In this document: positions 52,743-64,000 of the stretch, piece by piece | Numbering within the stretch: position 1 is the stretch's first letter | Layout of the letters: each line of letters opens with the position of its first letter | DNA from: Camelus dromedarius | Lineage: Eukaryota | Length of the DNA stretch: 64,000 nt | Direction: 5' to 3' | NCBI RefSeq assembly: GCF_036321535.1 | Contig: NC_087447.1 | Coordinates: 46,750,001-46,814,000, forward strand | The notes under the pieces: generated by a model | Databases searched by the model: none | The model's input: the letters and a program-made list of their open reading frames with translations, nothing else | What the model was told of the DNA's origin: nothing | Made by a program: the position numbers and the translations under genes

Positions 52743-55700
52743 TCATGCCTGAGGGACCTCTCCACACATGCTGGCATGTTCTTCTATTTCTCCTGCTGGG
52801 AATGGCAACTGGCAGATAGGGCACTGGACCCAGGAAATGGGTGGTGAGCTCTCTGGGGAGGACACCCACAGCACAGCTGGTGATGAAGATGGTGACGAGA
52901 AGGGAGAGGTGGGGGAAGGTGAGGAGGTCTCTCCGCAGGTGGCAGCGTGCTGGGGAAGCATCTCAATGCTGAAGGAGCCTGATGGGGAGAGAAGAAGGTG
53001 AGGAAGGAGGCCACCCCAAGCAACCTGAGGGAATGTCTGCTGTCAAAATGCAGCTGTTTTGGTAGGAAGCTTACTATGGTTGACTATTTTACACCTGAGA
53101 GATACTATCCAGTCATGAATCCACCAAACATTCATTGAGTGTCTACTATGTGCCCAACACTGTGCTAGGAAGCTGAGGGACATCATTCCAGGCCTGTCCT
53201 TACCAACTGCAGTGTCTAGGGGTAAAGATAAGATATGACTACAAATGACCGTGACACAAAGCAGAAGGTGACAAGTGCTAAGCCCAAGGGAATCAGAGAA
53301 CACTGCAGGAGATCGGCTGGGAGAGACTATCTGAGAAAAGCAGAGAAGACTTGGCAATCAGCACCATTTGAACAGAGACTTGGAGAGGAAGCAGAATGTG
53401 AACATGGAGGAAGAAGTTATGAAGGGTATTCAACACCCTCTATGCTAGTGTTTTATTTTGTTTTGCTTCATGTCTCTCCTGACATGAGGACAGGACCCAT
53501 GTCCTTTCCTCAGCTTGGCCAACACAACGTGAGGAGGTGCTCAGTACAGACTTGTATGTAACTGCAGATGACAGAGGCCAGGTGTCCCAGTTCACGTGTT
53601 TCCTGGCAGCATTCCCACCTCTCCCATTCCTCCCTCAAGGGCTGCTTAGTACTCCCCGAACAAACCCTGCACTCGGGCAGCTTACCTGCACAAATGGGGC
53701 ACTGTCCACTCTCTGGGACACCGCTGCTCTGGGCCTGGGGTTGGCTATGTTCTCTTTGCCCTGCCTTTGCTAGCCTCCTCTGGTTTGGTCGAGACTTTGA
53801 GTTGGAAACAGGCCTGTGAGAAAGAGTAAAGACCAACTGTTAGCAAGAGGCCATTAAGGGCTGAAGGAGCCTCAAACCAGGGTGAGAAGAATGTAAACTA
53901 GTTGATGTGAAGCCAGAAGCCCTGGGTTGGGGTCCTGATTTGCCCACTTGATGTGTCAGACTGGAGGGAAGAACATCTGAGAACAGAGCTTCTACCACTG
54001 CCTTCAGGTTTTTTATTATTTTCTAAAATTGAGATATAATGCATACCCCATAAAATGTATCCCTTATAATACATTATCCACTGATTTTATTTAATTTTAG
54101 TTTTATTTTTAAATTGAAGTATAGTTGGTTTATAATGTTGTGTTAATTTCTGGTGTACAGCATAGTGATTCAGCTATACATATATTACATACATATGTAT
54201 TCCTTTTCATATCCTTTTTCATTTTAGGCTATTATAAGATATTGCATATAGTTCCCTGTGTTATACACTGGGACCTTGCCTTTTTTCTTGATTTATTTTT
54301 TGGAGGGGGGATTAAGCTTGTTTGTTTGTTTGTTTATTTTTAGAGGAGGTACTAGGGATTGAACCTAGGACCTTGTGCATGTTAAGCATGTACTCTACCA
54401 CTAGAGCTATTCCCTCCCCCTAGATCTTACTGTTTATCTATTTTATATACAGCATATTCACTAGTTTTAGGATATTCACAAGTTTGTGTAACCACCACAA
54501 CTATCTAATAATTCCAGAACATTTTTATCACCCTAAAAAGAAACCCTGAATCCTTTCATAGTCACTCCCCAATCCTTTATCCCCACATATTTTGTCAACC
54601 ACTTATCCACTTTCTGTCTATGTGGATTTGTCTACTCTGGAATTATATAATATATGGTATTTTGTGACTGACTTTTTTCACTTAGCATATTTTCAAGGTT
54701 CATCTATGTTGTAGCATCAGTATTTCATTCTTTTTCATGGCCAAATAATATTCCACCACAGGTACAAACATATTTTGTTTACTCATCAGTTGATGGACAT
54801 TTGGGTTGTTTCTGCTTTTTGGCTATTATGAACCATGCTGCTGTGAGCATCTGTCTATACTTTTTTGTGTGAAGATCTGTTATCAGTTCTTTGGGGTATA
54901 CTCCTAGGAGTAGAATTGCTCGGTTATAATGGTAACACTGTGTTTAGCTTTTTGAGGAACTGCCAAACTGTTTCCCAAGATGGCTGCACCATTTTACATT
55001 CCCAGCAGCAATGTATGAGAGTCCCAATTTCTCCATCTTTGCCAACACTTGTTACTGTTTTTTTGATTACAATCATCCCGGTGGGTGTGAGGTAATCACT
55101 GTGATTTGGATTTGCATTTCTCAGATGGCTAATGAAGTGGAACATCTTTTCATGTGCTTATTGGCCATTTGTATATCTTCTTTGGAGAAAAGTCTGTTTA
55201 GATGCTTTGTCCATTTAAAACTTTACATTATCTTTTTATTGTTGAGTTGTAAGAGTACCTTATATATTCTAGATACAAGTCCCTTAATGAATATATGATA
55301 TGCAAATGTTTTCTCTCATATTCTATGCGTTTTCTTTTTATTTTCTTGATGGTGTCCTTTGAAGTAGAAAAAGATTTAAATTTTAATGACATCCTCGAGA
55401 TACAGTGTACTCATCTGCAGATTCTGGTTCAATACATGGCCATCTCCTTGCCTAGCTCCAAGCCTGACACCATGTAGGTAAGAACATCTTTTCTCTGCTA
55501 CACTCGAGATCCTGACCATGAGATCAAGACCCAGATACCAGGGTGCTCTTTGGCCTAAATGAAACACGAGTTGGGGAAGGACAGATGCAGAAGGGCAGCA
55601 AGGTTTGGGGAGGTGATCTGGGTCTTTCCTGTTGACCTACTTACCCCTGGGCTTGCACTTTCCGTTTCTTTGTCCTGCCGTCATCATTCTTTGACTTTTG

Positions 55701-58700
55701 CTCCTTTGGTTTGGACTCTGTGTTAGAAATGCTCATTAGATCTAGCTCATTAGCAAAAGGGCCTTCACATATGATGTTTCTTCTTTTGAGAATATTCTTT
55801 CTATCCTCTTTCCCTGATTAATTCTTTCTTCAAGTCCTTGATGAAATGCTAATTTCTGTGAGGCACTCCCCACTGGATTCTCTAATCCAAATCTGGTCAT
55901 CCTATTATGCTTTGCCTTATCATAGTTTTAAGTTTTAGATTTCCTTGTCTGACATGGACATGTCTCTCCATAGGGTAGGAGCATTTTATTTACTGTGGTA
56001 TCCCCGGCACCTAGCACAGAGCCTCACACATAGAGGTGTGCGATTAATACCTGTCAAATGTATGGTAACAAAAGCCAGCAACAACCATCTGTTTAGCTAT
56101 TCAGAACTTAGGGAGCAATCTATATAGCATTTAATATATTTCAAAGTGCTTTCATAGCTCCAGCACCTTAAGGTGCCCCTGAAAGATTTGTTCACTCCCC
56201 ATTCTCTATCTTTTAAAATGATAGCAATAAAACAAACAAACAAACAATAACCTACATCCTTCCTTATGTGTTAGGTAGTTTCTGAAATGACTCCCATTGG
56301 TTCCTGCCTCCTGATACTCATGCCTCCCCTCAAGTACACACAGGACTTAGTAATCTGCTTCTAATGAACAGAATATGGCGAAAGTGATGGGATGTCACTT
56401 CTGTGATTCAGTTAAAAAGACTGACTTCTTTCTTGCTAATTCTCCCTCCCTCTTGCCCTCTAGCTGGCTCACTCTGATGAAGCAAGCTGCCACTTAGTAA
56501 GATGCTCCATGGAGAGGCTCTCATGGCAAAGGAAGTGAGGGACGCCTCAACCCAACAGCTCATAAGGAACTGAATCCTGCCAACAACCACATGAGTGGGC
56601 TTGGGAGCAGATCCTTACCCGTTGAGCCTTAAGGTGTCTGCAGTCTATGACAGATCCAGAGCCAGTTAAGTAACACCTGAATTCCAAACCATGAGAAACA
56701 ATGTTTCAAACCACTAAGTTTTGGGCTAATTTGTTGTGCAAGAATAGATACCCAACTTACCCTATTTCTGCAATAAAATAATACACTCATGATTTCACTA
56801 ATTTGTTCAGTCTTGAAATGACAGACAAACAACTTTCTTTTTAAAAATTTCCCCCATGAAGCAATGAGTAAAACCAAGGTTTTTCAATGAGAACACTCCT
56901 TGTTTTCTTTCTCTCGCTATCTGGAATAGTGAAAGGAACCAGAGCTCTAGGGTTCAAATCCTGGCTCTGCCACTTATTAGCTGTGTGACTCAGAATATGT
57001 AGCCTCTCTGAACCTCAGATTCTTTTATCAAATGAGTTTGTTGTGAACATTAAATAGATAAAGTTAGTAAAAGTGCCTATCAATGTCTGGTGCAAAGTAG
57101 AAACTCCAAAATATTTAATCCTTTCTTCTTCTGTGATGAAACCACACCATTCCCTTACTTTATTCCTCCAATAAGCTCCACATGCCACCACCCTGACTTA
57201 ATTGTCCTTCCAAGATGATCAGAGAACATGAATAATGCAAGAGGCGTAAATACTATCTGGTTTAATTCCTTCACTTTGAAATGAGGGATTCAAGGCCCAA
57301 ATAAATACAGACTCTTGGTTCCTAGGCCAGGGCTCTTTCAGTTACTGTACAATATTTGATTTTGCTTCTGGTAACAAGACACTGCCAATTGTCTTTTCTC
57401 CCACATGAAGTCCTATTTGTGAGTCATCATCATAAGCAGTGGTGGATTCAGGGAGGAAGGAGGATGCTGGGGAAAGTAAGGTCATGGGGGCTCACCTGTG
57501 CTCTCCTGATGACTGGCACCTGATTCTGCATGGTTGTTTTTTGGGCTTGCTGCATGGGCTAAAGGAGCCTTGCAGGCAGCTGAAAGCACCATGCAGGCTG
57601 AACGCCCCAATGTCCCTGGCTGCAGCTGCTTTAGGATATTCCTGAGCTCTGAAATGTCCTTGGTGCTCCTGCAGGGAAACAGAGGGGACTTGTCTTCACA
57701 CAGAACAGAGACTCCATTCTGCTCACCCAGGTTGGTGGCATCTAACCAAGAAAGCCAGTTGATATACAGATGGGGTTAGGTCTAGTGTGTGATTTTTTAT
57801 TTTATCTTATTTTTCAGTGAAGGTACTAGGGGTTGAATCCAGGACCTTGTGTATGCTAAGCACGTGCTCTACCACTGAGCTATTTCCCTCCGCCTAGAGT
57901 GTGTGATTAATTAGGGGAACCCAGGCAGGGTCTGTGTGTCTGTGAGTGACTTGGTAGCCTTTCTCTCCCAGGAGAAAGAACGGAGAAGTGGCCAAGAGAC
58001 CTCCATCCTGGCAGCTACATACGTTTGGGGTTCTGGGAAGAATGTCCTCCGGATGGAAGGATTAGCCAGCCAGGGGCTGGGACCAGACTCCTGAGCATCA
58101 GAAGAGCCCTGAGGAGAAGAAAATGGAGAAATGGGAAATACAGACATTCACCACCAGGGGACACTGCCATCTAGTGCCGGGGATCCTTCCAAACCCCAAG
58201 GCTTCAGCTTAGTTAATGAGTGTTATCTGCTATAACTTGTCCATGGTACCTTTGCTTGTGTGTGCACACTCCTCCAGCTCTAAGATGTGAGATTCGGTAA
58301 GTCTGTATACTTACTTCCCCAGTGCTAAGGGTTTTGTCATGATCCTGGAAGACCCAGGGATAAAAGAATACATGCTATTGGGAAAAACAGGGCTATGGAA
58401 CTGATATCATGTGCAAATTTTTCGAAGCATATGTACACCTATATTTTTAAAAATTGGTACAGATATAAAATTGATTCATGTCAGTACAAAATTCACAATA
58501 CTCATCTCTATACACCTATATGAGAGACAAATTATACCCACATATGCATTTCTTTATATTTAAAAAGTTCTATTTTGAACTACTTGGAGACATTTTAGTC
58601 ATTTTTCTCTTTTAAATAGTTTAATAATATTGTTTAAATTCAGTAGGATTTGTTTTGTGATTTCATTCACTTGCAGCTAAAAACCAATTTTAGCCACCAT

Positions 58701-59837
58701 TTCCAGCCATCTGTAAAAAGATGTGTATAGACATCTCATGTCTCTTTCTAGAATCTGCCACTTTATCACAGGTATTTTATAAACCTCTCTACATCTAACT
58801 ACAGAAATGTCTGTGATCAATTATCATGCACTAGATCATTTCTACATAGGTTTTATTTTGGGGTATGCTACAGTTCTTAATCCTTTGTCAAAATTCAATT
58901 AATCTGTGTCAGTTTGTGGCTGTTTCCTTTTTTATTTTTCCAAGTTTCCTTTTTTTCCCTTGAATTTAAAAACTTAACAGTTTTTTCCTTTACTTTTCAG
59001 CTGGGCTGCTTCTATCCCAGATTCCTTTTAAGGTAAATGTCTTTCTTAATAAAACATGACTTTTTCTCATTCTGCAAGTTTGACAAGTAGTATTTTTAAC
59101 TCACATTCACTGTTTAGTATTTTCTAATTGACATTAGAATCTCATTTTGGACCTTTTGAAATGTTAATTTAATTTTGAAATGTTTTATTCAATTTTCCAG
59201 GGTTTTAATTTTTTCCTTTCCCTAGTCTCATAAATTTCAGAGTGAATACTACTGGAAAGTGGAACTAGATGAATGTGTAGAGATGGTTTATTTAACCTTA
59301 ACTGTAAATGAGATTAAGCATTAGGAATTGAGCTTCCAAGCACAGGCTAAAGGGAGTCAGATGGCCTGGGTTCAAATCCACTCCAAGACTTATTTGGCAG
59401 TGTGACCTGGGACATCCAGTACATTTCTCTGTGTTTCTGTTTCCTGACTGGAAAATTGATGATCATAAAAGATCTTATCTCACAGGGTTATAAGCCCTTA
59501 AGTTTTGCTTTTACTATAATATACCATTAGAATGACACATTAGGAAAAAATGTGTGGCACTGTAGACATATTAAATTATAAAATCAAGCTTCATTGCTTG
59601 ATGAACCCTCTCTTGTAGAAATGTTTTAGGATCTCCTTTCCCTGTGGTTTCACTGAGATAACTGCAATCAGTTTCACTCTGCTCTTTTTTCTTTTGGCCA
59701 TCAAACGTGTCTTTATGTTTGAAATTAAAGCTAATCTTTTATTTATTGATTGATTGTTGAAATATAGTCAATTTACAATGTTGGATTAGTTTCTGATGTA
59801 CAGCATAGTGATTCAGTTGTCTATATATACATATATA

Positions 59838-59870
<33 letters not shown>

Positions 59871-62800
59871 TCCTTTTCATATTCTTTTTCATTATAGGTT
59901 ACTGTAAGACACTGAATATAGTTCCCCGTGCTATACAGTAGGACCTTGTTGTTTATCCATTTTACATATAGTAGTTAGTATCTGCAGATTCTGAACTCTG
60001 ACTTTATCCCTCTCCACCCTCTTTCCCCCCTGGTAACTGTAAGTTTGTTTTCCATGTCTGTGAGTCTATTTCTGTTTGGTAAATAAGTTCACTTGTGTCC
60101 TTTTTTTTCCTTAAAGATGCCACATATAAGTGACATTACATAGTACTTGTCTTTCTCATTTTGGCTTACTTCACTTAGTATGACAATCTCTGTGTCCATC
60201 TGTGTTGCTGCAAATGACATTATTTCATTCTGTTTTATGGCTGAGTAATATTCAATTGTATAAATATACCACATCCTCTTTATCTAGTCATCTGTTGGTG
60301 GACATTGAGGTTGTTTCCATGTCTTGGCTGTTGTAAGTAAGTTTCACTCTGCTCTTGATGGTCAGTGCCTTTCTGACATTATGGCTCTGGAGTTGCTGAC
60401 TCCCTTCTGCCTCAATCCCACCATGGTCCTCAAGGTGCAGGGTAATTTATATGGTGAGAATGGAAAAGACTCTAGGAAGCCGTTACTTAGCCTATAATTA
60501 AGGAGACCAAACTTCCTAGTTTGCCTGGGACATCCTGCCTTATGTCATTTGGCTCAGTGTAATTATTAATAGCAGTCTTTTTTGCTCTCAAAGTTATCTC
60601 AGTTTGGATAATAAATTTTATAATGACCTTATCTACCACTCTGCTCTGAAAGGTCATTTATATAATGAACATATATACTAAAAAGCCTACTTTGTTCGAG
60701 GAGCTGTCCTAGCTGCCAGGAACGTCTTATAAAACAAGACAAACAGGCCTCTAATCATACAGAGTGTCCTATTTTATTGGAGAGCTGGGGCCACAGGGCT
60801 CTGGAACACACAGGGACAACATGGGGACTTGGCAGAGCGCAATGAACTGCTGCCACTGGTCCTTTTGCATTGTCAGCCCTTCCCACGATGGAAGAGTAAA
60901 TCTCAGACTGAGCTTTACTTCGTCTCAGTGCTCTGGTCTCTCCCAAGATGGTGCTACAGAACGGTCTGCTCTAAATCCATTTCTCTTCCCGAAGCCTGGT
61001 CTTTTATTTTTCACAGTAATCTCCACACAAGTCACACCTTTGAGGTTCACTCCTGGTAACTCAAGTTCTTTTAGTTATGTCAGATGTTTGAAGCTTCTTA
61101 AAAATGCACTGTGTGCATAGGAAGCACTGTGGTAATAGCAGGAGACCTGACTTCTGGTCCCTGCTCTGTCCTGACTTACTGTGTGAATTAAAATGTATGT
61201 TTCTCTATGTGAGACAGGAAATGAGGTGACTGGGGCTTGATGATCTCTAAGTATTTCTTCATCTCTAGAATTCTATGACTCTAGCTTTGTGTGATTACGT
61301 CTTGACATTTGTTTGAGTCAATTACGGGGGGAGAATACTGCCTTGGAAAAATAAATGGAGACACCAGTGACAAGAATGCAGGAGGAGTCAAAATAGGCTT
61401 AGGAAGAAAAAATAACCAGAAAACTGGCTGAAAAAAGGGGAGGTCAATTGACCAGATACCTATCCACAGCCAGAAACCTACACATCTTCTCTCAGGAGGG
61501 TCTGTGTATTGCACAGGGAGAGAAAGGGGGACACGTGAAATTGCAGAGTACTTATTCAAGAATGTATCCAGCTTTGCTACAGGTGGGTCAGGGAATGACA
61601 ATGACAGAGGGTCTGTAACTGAGCCCTGGGGCTTCCAGGTGCTGGAAGGAAAAGTCTGATGAAAGCTATAGCTCCCACGATCTTAGAAATAAAGTATGAG
61701 ATTAAGTCTGAATCCCAAAAGAACTTCATTATGGCTACCAAATGGTCCAACAGCTTTGTGTACACTGTACTGGAGGCTCACTCACTTGAATCTTCTGCAT
61801 GTGAGAGGGAATGACAGGGGTTCATGCCTACCAGTAAGGAGGGACAGAAAGCCCAGTTATGTCTGTATTTGAACGTGTGTGTACGTGTGTGTGTGTGTCC
61901 CTCAATTAAGCACCAGCTTCCTTACAAGAAACTGAAAAGGGTGGGAAAATGTAATAGCTTGCTCCACCAGGGTACATACCTGTCTCAGCCCAGAGCTCTC
62001 TGGGGCTGAGGGACCCACGACAGGGTCATCTGAGGAGTCCAGAGAGGAACACACCCTTAGGAAGGCCAGGCCAAAGGACTGATGACGGGTGAAGGGCTGG
62101 GAGCAGGTCAGGCGAAGTCGATCCCATGACTCACCTGAGGCTGGAGCCAGGAAATCATCTCAAGAGAAAGAAAATGAAGGGAAAGGAAATGCATGAATGG
62201 GAGGGAGACAGAAAGAGAAGGTCACTACTGAGGAGGGGAAAGAAGTGACTGGGACTATATAAATTCCAACACAAGAAGAATGCAGGTTATTCCTCCTCTC
62301 AGGCCCTGGTGCTCAGGGCTTGGCAGTGCCAGTCAGGGCCCTCTCAGACCCCGTGCCTTGCTTCTCTGTCATGGTTCCACAGTTCCCAGCGTGAGTACAT
62401 CCTTAGTCTCTACCTCTCCAGAGAACTTATCAGTGTCTCATTTTAACAGGGGTATCTGTAGTGTTGGAGCCTGGAGTGAACACTTGCCCAAAGACAAGCT
62501 GAGCTACATCTACCCTTCCTGGACCAAGAGACCTCAACCTCCCTCACAACACTGCACACCTACACAACCACAGGATCACACATCAATACTTCAGACCCTC
62601 CTCCCCTTCAATTCCCAGCACGATCTATAGGACCTCGTCTCCCCCACCTCGTATCCCATCTCACACTTCCTTCACAACAGTGTGTACACCTCCAATATAA
62701 ATGCAGACAAATCCTTACTAGACTGAAAGTCCCTAGAGGCCAGGAATCAGGTCTTATGTTTCTATCTGCACAGAACAGGACTCAGGAAACACCGTACGCT

Positions 62801-63477
62801 ACATAACTATAACCATCACCTAGCCTTCCATCACTTAAACATTCATCCTACTCCCAACTCATACTTACACTTATATACACATATACAAACAAGCACACCA
62901 GTCACAAATGTGGGTTCTACATCTGGCTTCACTGAATCACATGTTGTGTGTAAACATAAATCATAGCTCATAAATACCCCCAGCTATCATGGAGTCTCAT
63001 CACGGAGAACTCACACACAAACATACCACACAGTGGTTCACTCATTAACTGCCCTATCCCTCCATAGATATAAGGAAGCCCCTGCAAAGGCTCCCTCCGA
63101 CAATACACACCTATCAGCTCTTATAGCCCTCTATGGTCCTGCGTCTCTCTCTCATAATCACTCTCTCTTTCAGTCTATCTACCATTTCTTCTTTTGCCCT
63201 CCTCATCATCTTTATTTCTTTTTTTCTTTTAATGGAGGTACTGGGGATTGAACCCAGGACCTCGTACATGCTAAGCATGCATTCTACCGCTGAGCTATTT
63301 CCTCTGCCACCCCCTCCTCACCATCTTTAAACATGCGGACCCCTGAGCGGTTTTTCCCCTGCTTTGAATCAGCCAGGGACATTAGCATGGTTGCAGGCAG
63401 CAGGGTGACGAAAGGTCTATCCAGGGACCAGGAAGAACGACCTACATCAATCTGCAGGAAAGCACAGCCACAGTTAC
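52743..63477 (-). CDS. XNDC1N: XRCC1 N-terminal domain-containing protein, 7 exons in window; 5' exons lie beyond the window end
   Basis: Exons 63322-63477, 61980-62158, 58023-58108, 57496-57668, 55645-55717, 53686-53813, 52743-52978 with consistent phases 1-1-0-2-1-2-1. Translation [13 protein letters not shown]...LLPATMLMS...[10 protein letters not shown]...[12 protein letters not shown]...FGLAFL is XRCC1-N-like; the protein ends [11 protein letters not shown]. Confidence 0.88.
54020..55390 (-). mobile_element. Antisense LINE-1 3' fragment with a nested younger L1 3' end and a SINE (about 54290-54420)
   Basis: Minus-strand peptide [26 protein letters not shown] matches the L1 ORF2 C-terminus; AATTGAAGTATAGTTG marks an L1 end; SINE A/B boxes are present. 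Confidence 0.85.
56270..56750 (+). mobile_element. MaLR (MLT1-type) LTR
   Basis: GATGGGATGTCACTTCTGTGATT, GAACTGAATCCTGCCAACAACCAC and CCACTAAGTTTTGGG...TTTGTT motifs. Confidence 0.75.
57795..57893 (-). mobile_element. tRNA-derived SINE (Vic-1-like)
   Basis: A/B boxes on the minus strand, flanked by AGTGTGTGATT repeats. Confidence 0.8.
59687..60339 (-). mobile_element. 5'-truncated LINE-1 with perfect 17-bp TSD and internal (TG)/(TA) microsatellite
   Basis: AGTTTCACTCTGCTCTT at 59670-59686 and 60340-60356. Minus-strand [24 protein letters not shown] matches the L1 ORF2 end. Confidence 0.9.
63215..63311 (-). mobile_element. tRNA-derived SINE (Vic-1-like) inserted at an XNDC1N splice donor
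   Basis: ATAGCTCAGCGGTAGAATGCATGCTTAGCATGTACGAGGTCCTGGGTTCAATCCCCAGTACCTCC plus A tail. 18-bp TSD at 63197-63214 and 63312-63329. Confidence 0.88.
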
Positions 63478-64000
63478 CTGGGGACAAAAGGTTGAGAGAA
63501 AATTAAGGGTGATGAGATGACAGGGGCTCTCTGGACTATACACCAAGGTATCAGGGGGAGGAGACCATTCCTCCATTCGAGAGCGATTTGGAAGCTGCAG
63601 AAAGGTCAAGCAGCACAGTGAGCCAGTAACTGCAGTGGGACGAGACCTCTGCCCACTAAATGACAACATGAAGGTGCACTGTTTCTTCTGGCCAGAAACT
63701 GTCCCCTTACCCAAGAGACTCACTGCTCCGCTGTTCTTTGGCTCTGGAGGGCAGTGCTAAACTCTGTTTCTCTTAAATCCTTGCTAGGAAGCCTGACATC
63801 TTTCTGTCCTGATGGAGCTGAGACCAGTGGTCTCTGTCAGCTTTCTATTCCAGAGACTTCTAAGGCCAACCTTCCCAACCAATAAACTCCTGTGGTGCCT
63901 TCCTGGATGATCCTGCACAGTTTATCCCCTGGCATCCTCCTGACAGTGATATTTTGAGGTTCCATTTGTTGGCATTTATAATTATGCTCATTAACGTCCT

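Noticed and set aside
57535..57545. Possible frameshift in an XNDC1N A-run
   Set aside because: The run is six bases and keeps frame (SPKNNHAES); exon phases match.
60755..61800. Possible pseudogene or LTR in an XNDC1N intron
   Set aside because: I could not recognise any homology, TSD or tail, so it is left uncalled.

Overview
Mammalian genomic DNA, most likely camelid judging by repeated short tRNA-derived SINEs that resemble the camelid Vic-1 family. The window holds the conserved cluster NUP98 (3' end, +), CHRNA10 (+), ART1 (-), ART5 (+), TRPC2 (-) and XNDC1N (-, 5' end outside the window). I rebuilt every exon by hand from GT/AG sites and phase arithmetic. All six reading frames are open, and TRPC2 is intact here rather than a pseudogene. 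Main observations: (1) the XNDC1N/TRPC2 locus can make three products: a stand-alone XRCC1-N protein with an NLS and two Rad18/UBZ4-type zinc fingers, an in-frame XNDC1N-TRPC2 fusion channel, and the short MDPLT-start TRPC2. (2) ART5 has two alternative last-exon acceptors giving a hydrophobic GPI-signal-like or a hydrophilic C-terminus. (3) A SINE target-site duplication copied an XNDC1N splice donor, and the spare copy is changed exactly at +1 G. (4) A MIR supplies the ART1 splice acceptor. (5) An L1 carries an apparent 3' transduction, and an unidentified polyadenylated retro-insert lies in a NUP98 intron. Gene and repeat names come from recognition, not database searches, and repeat boundaries are approximate.
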